Assembly: GCA_965200315.1 (NCBI GenBank)
Contig: OZ241362.1
Coordinates: 1,792,001-1,856,000 of the forward strand
Direction: 5' to 3'
Source: Candidatus Latescibacterota bacterium
GTDB lineage: Bacteria > Latescibacterota > UBA2968 > UBA8231
Length of the DNA stretch: 64,000 nucleotides
The translations under genes were made by a program, and so were the position numbers. The notes under the pieces were generated by a model, which saw only the letters and a program-made list of their open reading frames with translations, was not told the origin of the DNA and searched no databases. Below, piece by piece: positions 57,678 to 64,000 of the stretch. Within the stretch, counting starts at the first letter, position 1, and each line of letters opens with the position of its first letter.

Positions 57678-59012
57678 CTAGGGTGGTGGGGATGTCAAGG
57701 TCGAGGCAAAACGCCAAGTGCGCGGGCCAAGGTCGAGGACGTACAAAAGCGCGTCGCGCTTGCGGACAAAGTCGGGTAACAGATCGTCAACTAGCGTTGG
57801 GACGGCATGGCCTTTGTTGATGAGTTCGGGATTGATGTGGTGGCCATTCTTGATGATTTCGTAGTGTAGGTGGGAGGCGGTCGCGAGTCCAGTGGCACCA
57901 ACCTTGCCGATGATCTCTTTTTGCTCTACGGGCTGACCTTTGCGAACCAATATCTTGCTCAGGTGCGCGTAGCGGGTGCGATAGCCATTGGCATGGACGA
58001 TTTCGACCAATTTGCCGTAACCGCCTTTCCAGCCCGCGAACGCGACCCGTCCGCGGGCCGTAGTCCACACCAAAGTGCCCGTCGGCGCACCATAGTCCGT
58101 CCCTAGATGGGGACGTCGCCTTTTGAGTATGGGATGGAAACGTTGGCGGTTGAAGGGCGAGGTGATGCGATTGACGCCAAGGGGCTTGAGTACGAACATT
58201 CGGCCGAGGGAGCGGCCGCTGGCGTTGTAATAGGCATCTTCTCCCTCAGTGGCAGCATAGCGGACCGCCAACTCGGTTACTCGTTCGCCTTCGTAGCGCG
58301 CCAAGAGGATGTCGCCGTAGCGGACGAAGTGCTCGTCAATGTAGAGCTTTTCAAAGACAATTCCTAGTCGATCACCGCGGCGCGGGTCCCGCTGGAAGTC
58401 GATGACTGAGCCAAATATGTCATCGACGAGCACATCGCTGAGCGCACTACCCTCCCCGGCTGCATTGATGGCGTTGGAGAGACTGTCCTCAATGCGCACT
58501 TCGAGCCGCTCGACTCGTTGCTCCAGCGGTAGCTGCAACTGGCGAGCAACAAGCTGGCCGTCGCGTCGTTCCACCTCGATCGGGCGATCTGGGGTGCGGT
58601 GAGGCGTGTAGCGGAAGCGGCGAATGGCCCCGCTGGTGTCGCTTACTACCTCGTAGTGGTCGCCCGACTTGACTTGTGAGGGGTCGAAAACCGCGTATAA
58701 CGCCTCGTACAGCAGCTCCAACTCGTGGGGCGGGACGCGGTGGCGCTTGAGCGAGTGGTTGATGGAATCCCCGCGGCGCAACTCGACCGCAATCGTCTGA
58801 TCGACGGACGAGGGCGTAGTCGGAGGGCCGACAAAGGGAGACTCCCAAACTGCGGCCGAAGCGGCCGGAGTAAAGACCACAAAGGACGTTTCCTCTTCGA
58901 GGTGGGCGGCTGCGGCCGCCGAGTGCTGAGAGGACATCCCCAAGCGCAGCGCCATAAGCGCAAGGCTACCCAACAGGATGCCCCAGAACCAAATGGCAAA
59001 TCCAAATCTCAT
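57678..59012 (-). CDS. M23 family peptidoglycan DD-metalloendopeptidase
   Basis: N-terminal TM; RFHPILK, HLGTDYG (HxxxD), YAHLS, HLHYE. Confidence 0.92.
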   Translation of the reverse strand: MRFGFAIWFWGILLGSLALMALRLGMSSQHSAAAAAHLEEETSFVVFTPAASAAVWESPFVGPPTTPSSVDQTIAVELRRGDSINHSLKRHRVPPHELELLYEALYAVFDPSQVKSGDHYEVVSDTSGAIRRFRYTPHRTPDRPIEVERRDGQLVARQLQLPLEQRVERLEVRIEDSLSNAINAAGEGSALSDVLVDDIFGSVIDFQRDPRRGDRLGIVFEKLYIDEHFVRYGDILLARYEGERVTELAVRYAATEGEDAYYNASGRSLGRMFVLKPLGVNRITSPFNRQRFHPILKRRRPHLGTDYGAPTGTLVWTTARGRVAFAGWKGGYGKLVEIVHANGYRTRYAHLSKILVRKGQPVEQKEIIGKVGATGLATASHLHYEIIKNGHHINPELINKGHAVPTLVDDLLPDFVRKRDALLYVLDLGPRTWRFASTLTSPPP

Positions 59013-59130
59013 ATTATTTTATGTTATGAAAAATAAGGGGACTGACAACGGGTGGGGAAACCGTTGACCAATGTCGCTAAAACCTTACCATATATAATCT
59101 CGTGTCATTCAAGCGTCAAGAGCTTTTAAT

Positions 59131-60186
59131 ATGATTCGTCAAATATACGACCTGAAAGCCATGCTGCCCAAGGAGTTAGACCGTATCGTGGGCGAGCTCG
59201 AAGAACCGGCCTACCGCAGTCGTCAGATCATTGATTGGCTCTACGCCAAAGGCGTACGCGATGTTCGGGAGATGACCAATATCTCCAAAATTTTGCGTGA
59301 GAAGCTCGCCGAGCGGACGCGCATTACTTGCCTAAACCTCGTCAAGCGTCAGGAATCGACCACGGGCGAAGCGGTCAAATTTCTCTTTGAGCTGCCCACC
59401 GGACAGCGAATCGAGTCCGTACTAATCGTCGATGGCACCCGGCGCACAGCGTGCCTGTCGTCGCAAGTAGGCTGTCCGCTCGACTGCAAGTTCTGCGCCA
59501 CCGGGCGGATGGGGATGGTCGCCAACCTCGAAGCCGGGCAGATCGTCGATCAGCTCTTGCAGGTGAACCAGTTCGCCCGTGAGCGGGGCGAGAAGGTGAC
59601 CAATGTGGTGATGATGGGAATGGGCGAGCCGCTGCTCAACTACGCGGCGGTTGTGCGTGCCCTCAAGCTAATGCTCCTAAAAGAGGGCATTGGGTTGGGC
59701 GGGCGGAAAGTTACCGTGTCCACCGCCGGGTACATTCCGGGCATTCGCCGGCTCATGGCCGAAGAGCTCAACGTGGGGTTGGCCATTTCTCTCAACGCCA
59801 CGACCGACGCGATGCGCGAGCAGCTCATGCCGATCAATCGCAAGTACAAAATCGCCGACCTCTTGGCGGTCGCACGCGAATTTTTCGCCTGTCGTGGCTA
59901 TGGCGTCACCTTTGAATACGTACTCATGGCCGGGTTGACCGATGCGGACGCAGATGCGCAACGGCTAGCCGCACTAACCCGCGACATTCCCTGCAAGCTC
60001 AACCTCATACCCTACAACGAAACAACAGACCGCCGCTTCCGCCGACCCGCCCACCGACGCCTAGCGCAATTTTACCAAGTGCTCAGAGGCTGCGGCGTCG
60101 AGTTTACCGTGCGCCATAGCCGCGGGCGAGACATCGACGCGGCCTGCGGTCAGCTCCACCACCAGCAAAAAGATGAAGGGGCGTGA
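59131..60186 (+). CDS. rlmN: 23S rRNA A2503/tRNA A37 C2-methyltransferase (radical SAM)
   Basis: CLSSQVGCPLDCKFCATG, MGMGEP, LAISL, FEYVL, NLIPYN, RGRDIDAACGQL. Confidence 0.97.
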   Translation: MIRQIYDLKAMLPKELDRIVGELEEPAYRSRQIIDWLYAKGVRDVREMTNISKILREKLAERTRITCLNLVKRQESTTGEAVKFLFELPTGQRIESVLIVDGTRRTACLSSQVGCPLDCKFCATGRMGMVANLEAGQIVDQLLQVNQFARERGEKVTNVVMMGMGEPLLNYAAVVRALKLMLLKEGIGLGGRKVTVSTAGYIPGIRRLMAEELNVGLAISLNATTDAMREQLMPINRKYKIADLLAVAREFFACRGYGVTFEYVLMAGLTDADADAQRLAALTRDIPCKLNLIPYNETTDRRFRRPAHRRLAQFYQVLRGCGVEFTVRHSRGRDIDAACGQLHHQQKDEGA

Positions 60187-60704
60187 ACTTCAAAGGACAT
60201 GTCTTGGGAGGAATCGTCGCCGGCAGTGGAGTGACGGCGGGCGCAGTTTACTTGGGCTCTGTCGCGCCCGACGACCTGACGACCCAAGCCGCTGTTGGCG
60301 GCACCGCGCTGTTTTTCTCCCTCTTTCCCGACTTGGACACGGCTTCGGTGGCACAGCGGTGGTTTTTCCGCGGCGTGTTCTGCGCCTTGCTCTATCTGGG
60401 CTGGGCCGAGCACTACGAGTTGGCAACGCTAGTGGGCCTCTTGTGCGTCCTACCGCTTTTGGATCACCATCGCGGCTGGACGCACTGGAAGATCAGCCCG
60501 TTCATCACCGTAGGGTTGCTAGGCGCGAGCTACGAATACTGGCGGGCGCGGCAGGCTTTTTTGGGGGAATTTAGCTGGAATAACGTACACACCCTGTTGG
60601 AAGGGCATGTGGTGTTCTTTGTTGCCTGCATCGTCGGTTGGTACACTCACCTATTGCTAGACGGACGCTTCAAGGTGTTTCCCACCAGCCGAGACCACCA
60701 CTGA
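60183..60704 (+). CDS. Membrane-bound metal-dependent hydrolase (YdjM-like)
   Basis: FKGH, LFPDLD, HRGWTH, GWYTHLLLDG. Confidence 0.85.
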   Translation: MNFKGHVLGGIVAGSGVTAGAVYLGSVAPDDLTTQAAVGGTALFFSLFPDLDTASVAQRWFFRGVFCALLYLGWAEHYELATLVGLLCVLPLLDHHRGWTHWKISPFITVGLLGASYEYWRARQAFLGEFSWNNVHTLLEGHVVFFVACIVGWYTHLLLDGRFKVFPTSRDHH

Positions 60705-60710
60705 GGCGGC

Positions 60711-61091
60711 TCAGGCGCTCTCGGCCTTGGCGTCTTTCTCTTTATCTTTGCTCTTACTGACGAACTTCTTGATCTTGTCGATGGCCTCGGGCACCAGCGC
60801 GATGATCTGACTCCAACCGGCCTCCTGATCGCCGATGGACGCCACCTGCACCCGGCCATCGGCATCGACGATGAGGAAGGCGATGGGTTCGATGTTCGCG
60901 CCGCCGCCCGTCCCGCTCTGCCCCTTGCCCTCCAGCCCTCCGCCGGCCCCAAAGCCAAACGATATTTTCGATACCGGAATAATGGTCAAGTCGCCGGCCT
61001 GAAACGGCTGCCCGATGACGGTTTCGGTTTGCACGATGCGGTGCAACTCGCCTAGGACGCGCTCGACTAGGGATTCTACGGACGATGCCAT
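60711..61091 (-). CDS. ytfJ: GerW/YtfJ family protein
   Basis: TVIGQP, TIIPVSKISFGFGAGGG, GTGGGANIEPIAFLIV, VPEAIDKI. Confidence 0.9.
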   Translation of the reverse strand: MASSVESLVERVLGELHRIVQTETVIGQPFQAGDLTIIPVSKISFGFGAGGGLEGKGQSGTGGGANIEPIAFLIVDADGRVQVASIGDQEAGWSQIIALVPEAIDKIKKFVSKSKDKEKDAKAESA

Positions 61092-61106
61092 GAAAAACTC
61101 CTCGAC

Positions 61107-61763
61107 TTAGATCGGGGTACGGAAGCGTGCGGCCAACAAGCAGTATGCCGCCTGCGAGCCAAAGCGCCCTAAAAGCAAAATTAACAAGCCCAAGTGCAAA
61201 TGAGCGACCAAGGCCAAGCGGCCAAAAGCCCCCGTGCGCACGAAATCCGGGCTGACGTTTATTTGCACCTTTCCCTTGTGCGCGGCAACCGCCTGTAAAT
61301 AGCCATAGACCCGCCCGGTTTGCGCCGGGTCGGCAAAGCCCAAGCGGCCCTCAATTCGCAGCTTTTTAAGCCGAATGATGCGCGGCAGGCTCGCCAATAG
61401 CCCAAGACTGGGCTTGATCAGCAGGCGCACGAGCGGACGCAGGTTCCGCTCGCGGGCTTTGGGCGCGGCCTCTTGCTCGGCTTTTCGCCGTGTCTTTGAC
61501 TTCCGTTTCACTTGGGGCCGTAGCGGCAGGGAAAGGTATGGCAGGAATTGGCCCAAGAGCACGGGCGCGATGCGCAGGCCCTGCGGGCTCCATCGCAGAC
61601 CAAGCCCTAGCCCACCCCAAAAAAAGGACAGCCGCACACCCCATTCCCAAGACTCCGGCAGGCCCTCGCGTCGGCAGCGCAAAGCAAGGGCCATAGGGGC
61701 ACACAGCGCACTGAGGCCGAGCGCACCCAACGCGCCTAACGCGGGTAGTAGCCAGTCTAGCAT
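61107..61763 (-). CDS. DUF2953 (YtfI-like) protein
   Basis: N-terminal TM; basic linker; GFADPAQTGRVYG … VSPDF; upstream of ytfJ. Confidence 0.75.
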   Translation of the reverse strand: MLDWLLPALGALGALGLSALCAPMALALRCRREGLPESWEWGVRLSFFWGGLGLGLRWSPQGLRIAPVLLGQFLPYLSLPLRPQVKRKSKTRRKAEQEAAPKARERNLRPLVRLLIKPSLGLLASLPRIIRLKKLRIEGRLGFADPAQTGRVYGYLQAVAAHKGKVQINVSPDFVRTGAFGRLALVAHLHLGLLILLLGRFGSQAAYCLLAARFRTPI

Positions 61764-61939
61764 AAAGAGGGACGCGGCTTTTGCTGCCACGCCGCGCTCC
61801 AATCGGTGCGTCTGGAAAGCTGCATAGCGGCGACCAAGGTGACAATGCACAACAGGAGGAAGGCTAAGCTCGCTTACAACCTATCGGCGCCCACTGGTTC
61901 AGTCAAGGCTTTCTAGGGATGCAGACAGGGGCTTCTACC

Positions 61940-61968
61940 TTGACAGCACCCGCGTCGTACGTTAGGCT
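61940..61968 (+). promoter_or_regulatory. Sigma70-type promoter
   Basis: TTGACA-N17-TAGGCT upstream of the 62059 gene. Confidence 0.55.
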
Positions 61969-62058
61969 TGAATTAGACGTAAGTCATAGTTAAAAAGTGA
62001 GTTAGGCTTTTTTGGTCAAAGGGCCAGAACGCGGCAAAAGCGACGAAGGACAAACCGA

Positions 62059-63849
62059 ATGGCAACCCGAGGGACCGTAGGAAGACGCTGCTTTCAGGGC
62101 GGCGAGCACACGGGCAGTTATGGCAGCTATTGGCGCGGGCTAGGGGTGGTCGTCGCGCTGTGGGCGGCCGTGGTGCCGGCGAGCGCCCGCTCGACGCTCA
62201 GTGCGCGCCTAGACCAACCGGCGATTGCCGGGCCAGCGTTGGATCAGCAGTCCATCCTCTATTTGCACTACTTCCCCGGCGATGGCGAAGCCATAATCAG
62301 CGCGGACCTACGGTGCCTCGGCAACGCACGGTTGCAGAACGTCCGCTCGGCACTAGGCAAGGCGCAGCTAGAAGCAGCGTCAATCGGCATAGACTATGCG
62401 GCGCGGCCTTTGGCTGGCGAACACATCGACACCCTCTACATCGACCTAGCCGCCGCCGAAGTGGGAACAATCGACTGGTCCGCGGCGATTTACTCCTCGC
62501 TCGACCCACAGGGCACTCCGGCCCATCAGGTCGAGTTCGAAATAGCGGTGCGCCCACCGCCCGCTATTTCGTGGTCCATTGAGCCACTGCGAGTCTATCA
62601 GGGCGAGCGCTTTGACTTACGCGCGATTGTGCGCTTCGACGATGCCTCCGGGCCGCCCTTAGAGGAGCTGAGCTGGACTTGGCCGCCGGAACTTAGCTGG
62701 CCGGAGGGCGACGCTCCGCAGCGCTGGGAGGGCAGCTTGGCTCCCGGACAAGCTGACACGCTCTCTTGGCCGGTGATAGTGGCTCCAGCCCGCTTCGGCC
62801 CCCTACCCTTGGCGGTCGCTGCACGGGTCTCCGGCCAGAGCCCAGTGGACTTGGCGACCCAGCACTTGCAGGTGGACCCGCTGCCCGTGATGGCCTTGGA
62901 GCCTGGATTTATGATGGCGTTGGAAACGGGGTTTATGGAGGTGGGCCAGCGCGGGCCAATCACCTGTATATGGCGCAACGAAAGCACCACCCCCATCGCC
63001 TTGGCGGCCTTGCGCCTGCAAATTGCGCCAGCGTTCTCGGACGTCTCTTTGATAGAAGGGCCGCCGGGCGCAGCACTCGTACAAAGCGACGAGGAAGCCG
63101 CCCCGAGCCTACTGGTCAGCGGTTTGGATAGCTTGGACGCAGGCGCGGCGATTCGGGTAACGCTCGAAGCCGTGCCGCAGCGCCCGGGGCCTTTTACTTG
63201 GCAGAGCGCCTGTAAGCCCTTGGGGCGGGAGCACTTCATTCCCCTGCGCGGCGCGAACACAGTGCGCGTGGTATGGCAAGGAACGGCCCAAGCCCCAGGC
63301 GGCAAAAAGCAAACGCCTACGGACTTGCAGTTGATCAATCAAGCCTTTGTCCGCGCCCTAGACCACCAAATGGATGCCCTCCCTCTATCTCCGGGTACGC
63401 GGCTTTTCCTCCAAGCCGAAGATGACAAGAACGAGGCCAATTGGGTCATCGAGGACGCCCTGATCGAGACCTTGCAGCAGCGAGGCTATCAGGTGCTGGT
63501 GCGCCAGCCAGAAGACTCGCTAGCCGACGTGGTGTACTATCGGCTGGTCAGGGCGCGCGTGGTGTACTCGCCGGCACCCCGCCGGCTACTTCTCTGGGGC
63601 AACCAACAACGGCGCGAGGCGTATGGCGACCTCTTTCTCAGAATAGAAACAGCCGCCGACCACATCGTGCGCTGGGACCGCCGCGTCCAAGCCTATAGCT
63701 CGGACATGGTGTCTAAGGGGTTGAGCGGGGTCTTAGGTGGAGGAGACATGGTCGAACAAACGGTACTCAAACCAGAAAACAAGGCCATTGTGCGCGGCCT
63801 ATCGGCCGGCATTCTAGGCGGTCTATTCTACATCTTCTTTGTTTTGTGA
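62059..63849 (+). CDS. Secreted hypothetical protein with Ig-like domains and C-terminal membrane anchor
   Basis: Hydrophobic signal (…VVALWAAVVPASA), beta-rich repeats, C-terminal GLSAGILGGLFYIFFVL. Confidence 0.7.
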   Translation: MATRGTVGRRCFQGGEHTGSYGSYWRGLGVVVALWAAVVPASARSTLSARLDQPAIAGPALDQQSILYLHYFPGDGEAIISADLRCLGNARLQNVRSALGKAQLEAASIGIDYAARPLAGEHIDTLYIDLAAAEVGTIDWSAAIYSSLDPQGTPAHQVEFEIAVRPPPAISWSIEPLRVYQGERFDLRAIVRFDDASGPPLEELSWTWPPELSWPEGDAPQRWEGSLAPGQADTLSWPVIVAPARFGPLPLAVAARVSGQSPVDLATQHLQVDPLPVMALEPGFMMALETGFMEVGQRGPITCIWRNESTTPIALAALRLQIAPAFSDVSLIEGPPGAALVQSDEEAAPSLLVSGLDSLDAGAAIRVTLEAVPQRPGPFTWQSACKPLGREHFIPLRGANTVRVVWQGTAQAPGGKKQTPTDLQLINQAFVRALDHQMDALPLSPGTRLFLQAEDDKNEANWVIEDALIETLQQRGYQVLVRQPEDSLADVVYYRLVRARVVYSPAPRRLLLWGNQQRREAYGDLFLRIETAADHIVRWDRRVQAYSSDMVSKGLSGVLGGGDMVEQTVLKPENKAIVRGLSAGILGGLFYIFFVL

Positions 63850-64000
63850 TCTTAAAGAAGCTGTCTGGCAATTCTGGGTGTGCCCCGAGCGCGAGCGAAA
63901 GCGCGGCGGCCGCCAAAAGTTTTCCGGCAGCTTCTCAAAACCTCTGGATGCGCTTGGGGGTCTGCTCTTGGAGACGCCCATGTAGAGGGCACGTGCTCGG

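Overview
High-GC bacterial chromosomal segment with about 45 genes or gene remnants. I recognised no rRNA, tRNA, CRISPR array or intact transposase. Gene content includes four PhyH dioxygenases, sulfatase and sialidases, a spondin lipoprotein, a C-terminal TWGxLK motif, a T9SS/FlgD-like tail remnant and a Minf_1886 protein. This suggests, by inference, an FCB-related candidate phylum such as Latescibacterota, probably host (sponge)-associated. Intact housekeeping and catabolic genes (glgB, rlmN, larC, msrP, dppABC, uxuA-like, a DprE1/E2-like pair, vapBC) are mixed with more than ten pseudogenes, several being in-frame chimeras made by deletions. Two candidates for undescribed systems stand out. 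(1) An operon at 18491-25727 encodes a 1464-aa fusion of a catalytically degenerate M28/PA ectodomain with a MacB/FtsX permease, next to a 689-aa DUF6785-like polytopic membrane protein, with no adjacent ATPase. (2) A foreign, partly AT-rich cassette (~15320-17730) sits inside a dead propeller-sensor gene and carries a coupled TM-PLD-like plus 3-TM gene pair and several structured non-coding elements. Family assignments come from motif recognition by eye, not database searches.
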